Assembly (NCBI RefSeq): GCF_009914755.1
Contig: NC_060935.1
Source: the human T2T-CHM13v2.0 reference genome, Homo sapiens
DNA length: 64,000 nt
Strand: one strand, 5' to 3'
Part shown: positions 14,090 through 27,750 of the stretch, in pieces
Numbering within the stretch: position 1 is the first letter of the stretch
Layout of the letters: every line of letters begins with the position of its first letter
Program-made: the position numbers and the translations under genes
Notes under the pieces: generated by a model
Told to the model about the DNA's origin: nothing
What the model saw: only the letters and a program-made list of their open reading frames with translations
Database searches by the model: none

Positions 14090-15620
14090 AAATAAGAATA
14101 TTCACTATAGAAACAGAGAAATACAAATATCAAATGGCAGAAGATGAGAAACAAAACCTTGTAATGCTGAATTTCATTTGAGGCAATCAGTATGAACACA
14201 CTTACATGTGCACTCATATGTGACAATGTGTTAAGTGCATACGCACAGTTTTCCCCCTAACTCTATCATCAAAAGGGCCAAAGCACAATGAAACAACCAA
14301 GAGGCAACAAACACTCCAAACTTAGATCTTTGTTTCTAAACAAAGATCTTTTATACTAATTTTAATTAGTATAAGTCATTTTATACTAATAAGAAACAAA
14401 GTTTTTCTGAAAATTGCTTATTTCATACTGAGGCAAATAAAAGTACAAGGTGAGCCTGAAGCACCTTAATGTGCCAGAAAATAAAGAAATGCTCAAAGTC
14501 TAATGGGGACATGTGAAAAAGACACAGAGGTCAGTTTAAAGGCGACCCCATTAACAAAACTGGAACACTCTGAATATCAAAAATAATCATGAAACTAATG
14601 GAACATAACACATTTGAACTTAAAGAAATAAGCCATATATATACATAATAATGAGAGAGAGAAAGAGAAGAGGGGAGAAGAGGAGAAGAGACGAGAATAG
14701 GGGAGAAGAGGGGAGAAGAGAAGAGAAGAGGGGAGGGGAGAGGAGGGGAGAGGAGAGAGGAGGGGAGAGGAGGAGGAGGAGAGGAGGAGAGGAGGAGAGG
14801 GAAGGGGAGGGGAGGGGAGGGAAAGCGGGAAAAAGCTTCCTTACAAAAAAGAATGCCAACTGTAAATGTAGAACAACTATAGTCAATTATTTGGCCTAAC
14901 AAATGTTAGGGAACATAATATAAATTTTAATTTTACAAAGTTTAAAAATTCCTTTACAATGGAGATATTTGATGGTCAGAATCTTAACCAAATAATGGCA
15001 CATATATACCTACTGATGCGATGATGTGGGAGACATACAACATCACCAATAGCATATTCTTGCTTGAAATCTTAGGTGTAAGTTTATCTCATTAGAAGAT
15101 AGGCCTTTCTATACTATAAGATATTCTGCAGGACAACGGACCAGGACTTTTCAAATAATTCAATGTTACACAAAAAAATTCACATGAGGAAGACAGTTGC
15201 TTCATGAAGGGTGACTAGGAAGAAATAATGCAAATATATACACCTTAATTGGATTTTAGACATAAAAACAAAAACAAAACACAGAAATGCAAAGACAAAG
15301 CATAAAACACAGCCATAAAGGACATCTTTTAGATAACTGGGGAAATTTGTATGGCCTGTGTATAATGATAGTAAATTAATGTTGACTTGTGCTGTAAGTA
15401 TGCTCAGGCTGTGTCAGAAAATTTTATCATTCTGAAAATATACACATTTTAATATTTATTGATGAAATGTCATGACATTTATAGTGTATTTTCAAATGAT
15501 TTGGCAAGAGGGAAGTGTGTGGTAAGATGTTAACAAATGGTGAGCTTGGTGAGGGATATATGAGTATATATTGTACCATTCTTTCAACTTTTCTAGTGTA
15601 ATTTGTCTGTTTCAAACTAA
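14090..15620 (+). mobile_element. L1MC-type 3' region, heavily decayed
   Basis: AAAGTACAAGGTGAGCCTGAAGCACCTTAATGTGCCAGAAAATAAAGAAATGCTCAAA; homologous to 45020-45220. Confidence 0.65.
14653..14835 (+). repeat. GA-rich polypurine tract; 127 consecutive purines at 14699-14825
   Basis: GAGGG/GAGAA/GAG units; only three pyrimidines in 183 bp. Confidence 0.97.
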
Positions 15621-16957
15621 AAACAAATAGAACAGCAGGAAATACAATTTGACGAGTCTCATTCATCCTAAATCCCAGATAAGTGCATCCATTCCTTCTT
15701 CTGGGCATGAAAATTGCAGTGGGGACTGGCTTCCTGCTTCCTGCCAACACCAGTTTCTAGTCTGATGGCCCTCAAAGGTTTTCCTAAAATTATATATTCA
15801 TAAATTAAACATAAGCCTCTCACACAAGAATACTTTCAATGGTTCTATTGCCCTATGGGAAAACTTTTAAGCTTAGTAAAGCATTTAAGAGCTTTCATTT
15901 GATAATATAATGACCTAGATTTGTCATTTTCCCTGTAAAATGACAGTGTTTAAATTAAAAAAAAAATGGGACACAACTGAAGTTTGAAATTACTTTGAAG
16001 TTTTGAGTTGAATTGATTTTAACAATATTTTATTTGCTTTTATAGAACCTCAACAAATATGTTTTAACATCATTGTTATCTCAGATCTATCACTTTTATT
16101 TTGTTCTAATAAACTACAGGATACAAAGTAGAATGCCAGACCAAAAGTTTTGGAACACAACATCTATCAAGCAAGCAACTTCAATTGTTCCCCCAATATG
16201 GCACCATTTCTTTATTCCTTCCAATCCCCTAGGAAGCCCAAGGACAAGTGGTCCCATATGAGTACATTATTGCTGTTGTTATTAATAACTGTTGTTACTC
16301 TGAGGCTTAGAGAGATTAACTGATGAACTCTGCCTAACAGGGCTTCATATAGGTGTCGTTAGGAAAGAACCACTGAACTCTAAGACCAACATTATGTCTT
16401 CTGTCATGTGTTAGGCAATTCCTTTTGATGTCTATGCAGTTTTACAATTTAAAGTAGTCATTTAATCAAACATAACTTTCATTTGTGAAGACTGTATTCC
16501 AGAACATTTCTCCAGACATCTAGAAATCATCACAAAATTTATCCAAGTCTCTCTTCTATACATTAGCTTCACAATTAGCAGCAATCAGATAATCTTTTTC
16601 AGATAATCATTTTCACCATTTCTTCTACATAGAAATGCTCCCAATTCTGAAATGTGAAAGTCTAGGTCTGACTGTAATGGCTAATTTTCTATTGTACATA
16701 TCTATGGAAGCATATTGCTGCTACTCACTCATAACATTCCAAAACAAAAACAAAGCTTATGGTCCTCTCCTAAAAATTCGCCTTCTTCTGTAATTTCCTT
16801 ATAAGTTAATGATGTACACCAAGCTCCCAAGTGGGAACTCTTGATGCCTTGTAGGACTTTACCCTTTCCTTCCCACCAGCAACAAAAAGTAGTTTTAGTA
16901 TAGGAGAAATAGCAAAAGAACAGGAGTTGATCTTAATAACATTGAATTTGCTTTTAC

Positions 16958-17019
16958 CTCAACATATAGGTTTCAATATCATTCATATATCCAGATTTCT
17001 CTCTTTTTGTTCTAATAAA
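16958..17019 (-). pseudogene. Exon-like segment, 62 nt, open (phase 0 to 2); has a decayed paralog at 16049-16113
   Basis: ctacattgcatactgtag|tttatt...gttgag|gtaaaa; FIRTKREKSGYMNDIETYML. Confidence 0.55.
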
Positions 17020-17599
17020 CTACAGTATGCAATGTAGAGGTCCATATATAGGGGTCTTGGCATCCATAGCTACAAATTCACATTTTCACTACATGTTCAA
17101 CCAACCGAGCACAGACCCTTAATAGTTTTGGCCCTCAGTTTTGTTTCTCTTTTCTGAAATGGAGATGTCTAGCCTTACCTCGAGAAGTTGTAAATAGTAA
17201 ACATGAATAATCAGTGTCAAATGCTTGGCACTTTAATAGTGTTTGGCAGCAAATAGATGATCCTAAAGTTGTGTTGCCTAAAGCGAGATGCATTTGAGCT
17301 GCATCTTGAAGGATAAGTTGGTTGTTGCTATGACCTCATGAAAGGACTTTATTAGGCGGGGGAAACGAGAATTTTACTCTGAAAGAATAAATGATGTAGA
17401 CGCAAACAGGCTAAACTTGAAGCCAGAAAAATAGAGAGAAGCCAGATTATAAGGAATTTCCTATGACAAACTAAGGAGTTTGGATGCTAGAGAACCAATA
17501 AATGTTCATAAGTAAGAGAGAAACATAATGGAGCTTTGTGTGTGTGCATGAGTGTGTTTGGGTCACAGTGGGAGAATTAAATAGTTGTTAAATTATTCC

Positions 17600-17830
17600 T
17601 TTATTTTATTGAATATATTCCAAGTTTAAAACATGATATTTTGATATATATATTTACATAGTAAAATGATTACTATAGCCAAGCTAATAACATATCCATC
17701 ATCTCATATAGTTACCTTTTGTGTGTGTATGGCAAAATTACCTAAAACCTACGTGCCTTTTTTTTCAAATTTCTGGTTTATGACTCAATTTTATTAACTA
17801 TAATTCTCATGCAGTACATTAGATCTCCAG
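17600..17830 (-). mobile_element. L1MA-type 3' end, antisense; a similar sense 3' end lies at about 11245-11490
   Basis: CATATCCATCATCTCATATAGTTACC...GTACATTAGATCTCCAG. Confidence 0.75.
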
Positions 17831-17951
17831 ATAACCTGTTTTTTTAAAGAAAGACAGTTGTGTGCAGCTTATAAAAAATACACTGGATTACAAAGGGCTT
17901 AAAACAAAGACTGAAATTCACCAGGATGCTTAAAATTTGTCAATTATCCAG

Positions 17952-19915
17952 CTATGACAAAACCACCGCCAACAATATACTGAATCAGCAAAGCCTGGAA
18001 ATATCCCCCTAGAGAACTAGAACAAGACAAGGATTCCCAGTCTCACCAATCATATTCAATACAGAATGGAGTGCTAGCTAGAGCAACAAGGCAACAGAGA
18101 AAAATAAAAGGCATCCAAATAAGAAAATAAGAACTCAAACTATTATTCTTTGTGGATGAGATGATCCTATGTCTAGAAAACCATAAAGACTCCACCAAAC
18201 GGCTCCTGGGACTGATAAATAACTTCAGTAAAGTTTCAGGATACAAAATCACTGTACAAAAATCAGGAACATTTTTACACATGAATAACATTCAAGCTGA
18301 AATCCAAATCAAGAATGCAATTTCATTTACAATAGACACACACACACATACACACACACACACACACATACACACAAAATGCCTAGGAATACATCTAACC
18401 AAGGAGGTGAAAGACCTCTACAGGGACAACTACTTCAAAACACTGTTAAAAGAAATCATAGATGACACAAAACAAATGAAAAAACATTTCATGTTCATTA
18501 ATTAAAAGAATAAATATTATTAAAATGGACATACTGCTCAAAGCAATCTATAGATTCAATGTTACTCTTATCAAATTACCAATGTCATTTTTCACAGAAC
18601 TAGAAAAATGTAATGTAGCATTCATATGGAACAAAAAAAGAGCCTGAATACCCAAAGCAACTCTAACCAAAAAGAACAAAGCCAGATACATCACATCTTC
18701 TGACTTCAAACTATACTACAATGCTACAGTAACCAAAACAGCATGGTACTTGTACAAACACAGGGAGATAGACCAACGGAACAGAACTCAGAAATAAAGC
18801 TGCACACCTACAACCATCTAATCTTCAACAAAATTGACAAAAATAAGCAATCAGGTAAGGACTGTCTATTCAATCAATGTTGCTGGATCAGCTGGCTAGC
18901 CATATGCAAAAGAATGAAACTGGACTCCTACCTTTTACCATATTCAAAAATTAACCAAGATTGTTTAAAGATTTAAATGTAAGACCTCAAACTATAAGGA
19001 TCCTAGAAAAAAGCCTAGAACAAACCGTTCTGGACATCAAACTTGGGAAAGAATTTATGACTAAGTCCTTAAAAACAATTGCAACAAAAACAAAAATTGA
19101 CAAGTCAGATCTAGTTAAACAAAAGAGCTTCTGCACAACAAAAGAAATGATCAACCAAGTAAACAGACAGCCTGTCAGAATGGAAGAAAATATCTACAAA
19201 CTATGCATCTGACAAAAGTCTAGTATCCAGAAGCTATAAGGAATGTAAACAGTTCAACAAGCATAAATGAATAACCCCATTAAAAAGTGAGTGAATGACA
19301 TTAACAGACACTCCTAAAAAGAAAACATACAAGAGGCCAACAAACATGAAAAAAATTATCATCGCTAATCTTCAGAGAAATGCAACTCAAAATCACAAGG
19401 AGATGTCATCTCATACCAGTTAGAACTGCTATTATTAAAAAGTCAAAAAGCAAAAGATGCTGGCAAGGATGCAGAGAAAAGGCAATTATTATATACTGTC
19501 AGTGAGAATGGAAATTAGTTCAGCCACTGTGGAAAGCAGTTTGGTGATTTCTCAAAGAACTTTAAACAGAGCTATCATTCGACCTAGCCCTCCCATTACT
19601 AGGTATATATCCAAAACAAAACCAATCTTTCTACCCAAAAGACATATGCACTTGAATGTTCTTTGCATCACTATTCACACTAGCAAAGATATAGAATCAA
19701 TCCAGGTGCCCATTAAAATTATGTTCTTTGCAGCATCATGGATGCAGCTAGATGCTATTATCCTAAGCAAATTAATGCAAACAGAGAAAATCAAATATTG
19801 CATGTTTTCACTTACAAGTAGGAGCTAAACATTGAGTACCCACTGACATGACGATGGCGATAATAGAAACAGAGGACTACTAGAGTAGGGGTGAATGGGA
19901 GAAACAGTTGAAAAA
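17952..19915 (+). mobile_element. 5'-truncated old L1 (L1PB/L1MA-type): decayed RT and C-terminal ORF2 plus 3' UTR; (CA)n at about 18336-18375
   Basis: LFVDEMILCLEN (decayed LFADDMIVYLEN), FSKVSGYKI, LGIHLTKEVKDLY in ORF track 18152-18505; CATGTTTTCACTTACAAGTAGGAGCTAAAC. Confidence 0.92.
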
Positions 19916-21668
19916 TTTTCTATGTCCTCTCTTCTGGATCTGTCCATGCAAAGTAATCAATTATTTTAGAGACCAAATTACGTTTTGCGTTTTTGACATT
20001 TTCAGAAATTCTTTCTTTTGTGGGGGTTACTTATTCAATCTGGCCTCCCTACAGGGTTCAGGGAGAAAATGAGAACAGGATGGCATTCACATTACTGACA
20101 GAACACCAGTCAATGAAACATTATCTCCTGGAGCCATTCTCTAACTGCTTTATTATTTTTGTGCTTTAATCAATGAGAATGTTTACCTATGGGGAAAATC
20201 TTTGCATAGGTAGACTCACTGAGGAATCTAACAAGTCTATCAGTAGAAAGCTTTTTGGCTTTAAAAATGGATTGAACATATTGAATTTTTTAAACAAAGA
20301 ACTAGGAAACATATTAGAGACCAAATTTTTAATAATGTAAGTAAATGAGAGGTTGCAATGAGAATTGTGAAAAAAAAGATTCCCTTTTACTGTATCACTT
20401 ATTAGGCCTCACATGACTTAAATAATTTCCCCATTTTATCCTACCTCCTGCATTAATATTTTGCTGTTCTTGCATGTTAATGTTTATAGAAATTTCTATT
20501 TTGGTATGCTCATTTTTTTCTGTTGAAATATTTGCTGAGTTAACTCTGGTTACTTTAAACAACATTTCCAAAAAGCATATTTACTTGCCTGCCAATGCCT
20601 TCCACATAGGGATAAATGCAAAATCCTCACTAGGACAATAAAGTCACCCACAAGCTTCACCTCCTGACTCAAATGTTGTACTTACAAATACACATCATGG
20701 AGGTTTAGGTACCTAAAACGTGTTCTTTTTACCATTGCGTCCTTGCATTGTTAGTTTTTTTTTTTTCCCTATTATCCCTCTCTAATCTTTGCCTGGTGAA
20801 CTCATTATTCAAACACCATCTCTGGCTTTAAGTATTATATTTGCTAACTACCCACTTATCTGTTGGTATAGATTTAGTTGATTAATAAAATAATATAATC
20901 CATTATGACTGGAAGAAATAATCCACTTTACTGGGTTGGGGAAGAGGGGTCACCAGGGCTTCTCTCCCCTTTTTGAACAACCTTGTTCAGAGCTAAAGGA
21001 AAAGCAGTAAATAAATATCTACTATGTTTAAAGTTCAAGAAGTCTTATCATCTTTCCTCATACTACTATTAATAATATAAATAATTTCCACAGTGTAAAG
21101 ATGTCCCTTGGAAACAACTGTTTACTTGTAAGAACAAGCTCTGGAGTCAGAAGTCGCAAATTGGATAGTGTAGCGGTTGGCTTTCAAATGTGATGAGCAG
21201 AAACAGAGCTTTCATGGAAATGCCTGAGAGGTGATTGGGAGAGTGGCAGGAAAATGGAGGCCAAAAGGATAGGTGGAGGAGAAGGGAGGGGAGCTTGGGA
21301 CAACCTAACCTAATCTCAGCCAGAGAAGTCCCGATTTTATCTGTTTTACATATTGGCTTTCTGTATGACCGTCCTTTTCTTAAAAGAAAGAAAACAAAAA
21401 AGCTGCTTTTCTGTATGTTAATTGAAAACTACTGGTATAAACATTCTTACTGCCCATATTAGTGTTTTAAAGCATTAAGAACTTTATTCTGCAATTAATG
21501 AATCAGCTATTGGTATTCAAACCAGTTTGAGTCAGGTGCAGGTTCCTTTAATTAAGCTCCCAGTGTGGTTCACAAAAGACAGGTGGCTACAGTTTCACTG
21601 CTTTGCTCAAGGATGGCATGCTGCTTTCAGTTTCCACTGTTATCTAATGACTAGAAATAAATTTTTAC

Positions 21669-21731
21669 CAACGATACTGAAAAATGAAATGGTCACATTA
21701 TATCCTTCTTTTACACCTTTATGAAATTCAC
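21669..21731 (-). pseudogene. Exon-like segment, 63 nt, open (phase 1 to 1)
   Basis: atgctttcttctgttag|gtgaat...tcgttg|gtaaaa; EFHKGVKEGYNVTISFFSIV. Confidence 0.4.
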
Positions 21732-22983
21732 CTAACAGAAGAAAGCATTATGTTTCCCAGTTAACTTAGGTCTAACCTGGCGAAATGCAAGGGTTCAAGT
21801 TTGAGAATTCATAAAATTCGTAGAAGTTTTATGACGGTACATGGAGATCATTCCTGTTTTCCTGTATTCTGTCCAGCTAACATGCACACACCCTTTTTAT
21901 TTTCATTGTTAGAAATAAACTAATTTCCAAAAGAAAATATGAAATCAAGAAAGCTATTGCTCTCCTATTATGTGCAAATATTAGTTTCCAAAGAAATAAA
22001 GTTAATTATGAAAACAATTCAAAATGCACAATAAAAGGATAAGATATGGACCTAAGAAAGTAATACAAATAAGGAAGAAGAGCAATTAAAGGCAAGTGCA
22101 AATAAAGTAATACAAGAGCAGAAATGAAGAGCAATTGTGTTCAAAAGAGGCAACAGATGAGAAACAAAAAATGGTCACTTCCTAATTTTACATCTGGAAA
22201 GATATTACTGTGTGCCCCAACTAAACATGAAGCCCAGAATGGCTTGCTTTGTTTCCTCTTTACTGTCTAGATAGAAGGTTGATGTGCAGATACTTGATTT
22301 TCTGATTGTGCTCTGAAGCCACTCCCCTAGATGAACAAGCAGTTTCTGACCACTAAGAGTAGGATTATGTAATAAAAGTACAGTGCCTAAGGCATCAAAC
22401 CCTGATTTTAGTCCAGGTGTTGTCCAGAGGGAGCCAACTTTGTTTCACCATGAGCTCACATTCTTCCAATTGTTTCACCTTTATTGTTGTGCTCTTCTAC
22501 TTTTGTGCTCCCACAGCTCTGGATATCTTCCATCAATAGAATCCTCACACTATACTGCACTTGCCTGTTCAGTATGTCTCTTTCATTACTGTAATTCTTA
22601 TGAAGGCAATACATTGTTCTACTTGATTCCCATTACATACCCATTGTGTGTCGTTTTGAAATACAGTAGGTATACTAAATATTTGTTAAGTGAACATATT
22701 TTACCATAAAACATACAACCATGAAATATTATCCTAGTTGAAGAAACACTTCAAGTAATTGACCAGATTAATGATTGAGACTGAGGCAGTGTTCCATGGG
22801 CAATTTATGAAGTAAGAGTTTAGTTGTTAAAATATACCAAATGTAAAAATAATAACGCATAGATTTTTAAAGAAATTTAAAGCAAAACGTAAGGAAATCT
22901 TTGAAATATATTATTTTGAACATTATTATGAATGCATAAAAAGTGTTATCTACAAAGATACTCATTGCAATATTTTTAAATAG

Positions 22984-23394
<411 letters not shown>

Positions 23395-23569
23395 AATTTC
23401 CTTGTTATCTATTAGACACCATTAAGGGCAACTACTCTTTATTATTTACATTTTGTATCTGTGTTTAGAAAAATACCAGGAATATGTTCTATGCTGTACT
23501 GTTAATTGAAAAAAAATAGGTAAATGAAAGTATTTCTAAACAGAACCTATTAAGAGATATTTGTGAGAT

Positions 23570-23607
<38 letters not shown>

Positions 23608-26600
23608 CATATGCACAGAGAGGGAAATAAGTCAAAAAGAGCAAGACAATACCAATGGTATTCTCTGGGAAAATTTTAGTTTTTGTTTTCACTCAGAAAT
23701 ACCTTCTTAAATTTTTGCACTAAAATGTTAATGATAAGAATAAAAAAAAACAGAACTAGAAATAATGTGAAAACTATTGAAAATAATACAAGTTTCTATA
23801 AAGTGAGATCCTTTGACATGTGACAATTCATTATTAGAATGGCAAAAAGAAGTGCAAGACTAAGAAATTAGAAAAAATACTTCAAAAAGCTGTCAGGGAG
23901 TCCTCCCAGATATTCCAAAATATTATCCTCTCCTTATTGCAAGAAAACGCTCTACTTCTGTCATTATTTGCTGTGAGAGTAGCTACCCAAAAAGCTATTT
24001 TGTAGCAAAACCAGTTTTATTGTTATCATTGAAAAGAATTTTTGCCTCACATGTCTGACCCAAATTCCAGTGTGATTCTAATTCACAGGTTTGTCGTTAG
24101 GATCAAGGGAGATACTACTTGTGAGAGAAATTGTAAATGTATAAATGTATAAATCAAATGCAGTTATACTCCAGTTTTATGAGACCATCAGTGTTGGGAA
24201 AAACCAAGACTAGAAACCAGAAAATGAATTTATTTAGCAGAGAAAAATCAGTCTAGGAATTTTTACTTGACAATTTCTTTTTCTCAAATGGCAGATTAGA
24301 GTGTGTGTGTGTGTGTATCTGTGTGTGACAGAGAGTATATGCATTAGTTTTTAAAGCAATGAACAGAGGTCTATGTATTTCATTTCTGCTATGCAGGAAA
24401 AACTGTGCTGAATTGAAACCTGAAAGAGAGTGGTTAACATTTTCAGAATCAATTCCATTTCCAGAACAGTCTCTGCTTTTACAATGTTTTACTGTAAGAA
24501 CTATGAGGTAAGAACAAAGATTGAAGTAAAAGAAAATTATTCTAGGGTTAAATGGGATATTGACAAATTAGATTTTGGGAGATATGAGAAGTTAAAGGGG
24601 AAGAACTTTCGCATACCGGGAAGCTCTGGGCCTCCTTGCAAGTGTGCAGGTTATATGGCCTGTCTGCCACTGAGCCTGCTGAACTCTCTATTTTGTGTTG
24701 GACGGTAAGAGCTGATGTGTCCTGTGTTTGCTTTTCCAATTTATCAATCTCAACAATGGCTCATATTATTCCCTTGGGTTGACAGTTCAATAGAGAAAGA
24801 GCATAGTATGGTAGACACAGTGTGAGTTTTCGTTCAGAGAAATATTGTCTATTTAACAGAGGAGAAACAGTAGCAACTTGCTTATCCCCTCTGAGTCTCA
24901 GTTTTCTTTCTATAAATTGTAAACAACAACGTCTATAGTGCAAGGATGTTGTGAGGCTAAAGATATTTTAAGTACAATTGTTGGCACATATTAAGTGCAT
25001 AATAAATGTCATCATAGTTATTAATGACTGATTCTGGCATGGATGTCTGTTTGCATGTGTATGTATGTGTGCAATGTGTATTTATACATTATTAAAGAAA
25101 CTATGCATTACTTCACTTCTCAAGCATGGGTTTCATTCAGTCTATTTGCTTTTGACTGCTCTATATTGACTGTTCTGGTCACTGTTTTGTTTATGATACA
25201 AAGAAGATACTTCAGGCAGAATTATCTTTCTGAAATGCAGTTCTGTTCCTGCCACTCTTCTCCATATAACTCATGTCCCAGCCAACTTCTCAGGTGTCAG
25301 CTCTCAGCAAAGTCTCGCTCTCTTCCACCATGTGCACATACAAACAAACACACACACACACACATTGCTATAATGCACAATGTTCTCTGCGTTTTCTTTA
25401 AGCTAACTCACACCCTGTCCCCATTTCCTGGGATACCCAGTCTCTGCCACTTTTCTGAAAATCTCCTATACATCTTTCAGGTTTCCTCATTGAAACGTTT
25501 TTATGACTTCCTGGACTCTCTAATGTGCCCATATAGCTCTCTGAACTTCCAACTGTTACTCAGTAGCATTGTATAGATTGTAATCCCTGTTAATTGGTAT
25601 GTCTCATACACTAGCCTGAAGGCTGCACAAGAGTGGGGTTTTTCTCCCTCTTTCACTGTCTCATTGCTGGTAAATTGTAGAGTAAATGGTATTGGTATGC
25701 ATTCAATGAATATTGGTTGAATGTTCTGATGCAAAATTCATACCCCAAAACGTAAAGAAAAATTTCTACCATTAACTTCTCAGTACCGCCTACTACCTCT
25801 TGTAAATTCCATAGTAAGTTAAAAAGGTGAATGCAGAAAGAGAGCTTTTTTTTTTTAATCCCCAGGAATGCTAATGTGGAAAGTCACAGGGTTTTTGATG
25901 ATGTCAGTATTTTTATTTTTCTCTCAATATGTATGTATAGAGGAAATCAAACAATGGGTATCCATTTTAAAAATAAATCAGAACAATTTATTTTCAGCCT
26001 TGGGCAATCATTTCCATTTCTTAAATGAGAAAAAAAGAGAAAATAAAACAGGAACAGATGTCTATTTCCATCCATTATCCCATAATTGTTTTTATCTGTA
26101 AAACATCTTCTAAAAGGAATATAGAGAAGACAGTAAGAAAAATAAAAATTTAATAGTTATTATATTTGAGCGTTTGGATAATGGAGGATTTTCCCCTCTC
26201 TTTTCTAAACTTTCCATAATGTTAAACTATCTTTAATGCAATGAATAAAATGAATAGAGAGTGAAGAAAGCAATCATGTTTCTGAATTACCTTCATTTAT
26301 CCTTCTGCAAAGATAGTGAAATAAAAACCCTGATGTTCTAGATCAAATTTATTGCAGCCTATTACAGTACCTTGCAATTTGTAAGACTCGTGTTTATTGT
26401 TTGCGGATTGAGGGTTTTGAGGAAAGAGAAAGGATCAAGACACAATTATCAACATTCCACTTTTTAAAAATTCATGCATTCATTGTAGTGTATACACATC
26501 TACACACACTTATATGCATACACACACATCTATGCCAGTAGATTAAAATCCCATACCATAGAATTGGGCAGGTAATAGGCTCTCAGAATAAGACCTGGAG

Positions 26601-27121
26601 AATGACTAATTTGTTTCTTTAAATTGCAACAGCCTACTTTATCAAGTTTTTTTCTTTCTTAAGTCAGTATCTTCAAAGAAGCAAAAGAAGGTACACGAAG
26701 CAGAAATGTAAGCCAAATATATACACTCGGATGGCCTGTTAAAGTCACATAGGCTGACCTCTTCTAAACTATAAAACCACATGAGCCTCCACCTTCATTT
26801 GTTTCCTCTGTCCTTGCCATAGGCACTACCACAGTGCTCCATGGGGCGCTGTGGCCAGTCGCTATCAGAAAAGCACATCTCCTTGGTATCCACAATATCA
26901 ACATTGCCTATGTTGGATACTTAATTCTAATATCCATGCTGCTGAATCATGTAATTTATGGTGAAAAAAAATCAAAATGTCATTTAATGGAGAAAGAAAA
27001 ATTGTGAAAGAATCACACAATTGAGTGCTTTATGATGCTAAAGATATTTCAAGCAGTCATTTTCATATGACTTTTGTAATGTAGCAACTTGTCTTACAAT
27101 GTTTTAAGAGAAGTATTTTAC

Positions 27122-27575
27122 CTAAATGTGCATGTCTTCTGACCATTGCATGGAGAATAAGCTTCTGTAAACACCACTGAAAGAACATATTATGTTTTAT
27201 GTTAACACGTTATATTTCATGTCAGTCTTTTGGTTCATAAATGGTGTAGATAAAATTACTGTTCAAAGAATGGTTATCAACCTGCTGTTCTCCTTTCATT
27301 AAAATTAGGTTCATATTCTGGTCATTTCTTAGCAGTTTTATTCAATGTTAAGTCCATAGGTTAGCTAAAATGCTGTTTCTTCCCAGTGGAAGAGTTGGGA
27401 AAGCACAATACCAGTCATGTGGTGCCTTCTACATCAACAGTATCAAAACTGTTCCACCTAAGATGGAAATGCTGCATATCTTAAAGAAAATTAGTTAAGA
27501 ATTCAAAAGCTTTTCATTGACCTCATGAGCCCTCCAAAAATAATACAGAGATACCTGACATTTTGTAGTGTTCTT
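27122..27575 (-). pseudogene. Cluster of three exon-like segments: 27555-27575, 27282-27457, 27122-27176
   Basis: Acceptors cattctctctag, catttccatcttag, atgttctttcag; donors gtatct, gttgat (weak), gtaaaa; introns 97 and 105 nt; in-frame chain RTLQNVR|WNSFDTVDVEGTT*LVLCFPNSSTGKKQHFS*PMDLTLNKTAKK*PEYEPNFNERRTA|VVFTEAYSPCNGQKTCTF. Confidence 0.5.
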
Positions 27576-27750
27576 CTAGAGAGAATGCTAAAAAGTGTTT
27601 TTGCTTAACATTTGTGTGCTCCCTAAGGTAAGTAAAGTGAATGTTATTATTCTTATCACATGTTGTATAAAGAAAAACAAGACCAGAGAGACTAAAGGAT
27701 AAACGTTTATTTAACAATTTAGTAATATAATCAGGTCTAACATGAGAGCC

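Noticed and set aside
14531-14902. Pro/Ser/Leu-rich and Arg/Gly/Glu-rich ORFs
   Set aside because: Translations of the GA-rich simple repeat.
25043-25576. 177-aa plus-strand ORF
   Set aside because: Runs through decayed L2-like sequence and a CA tract; composition is not protein-like.
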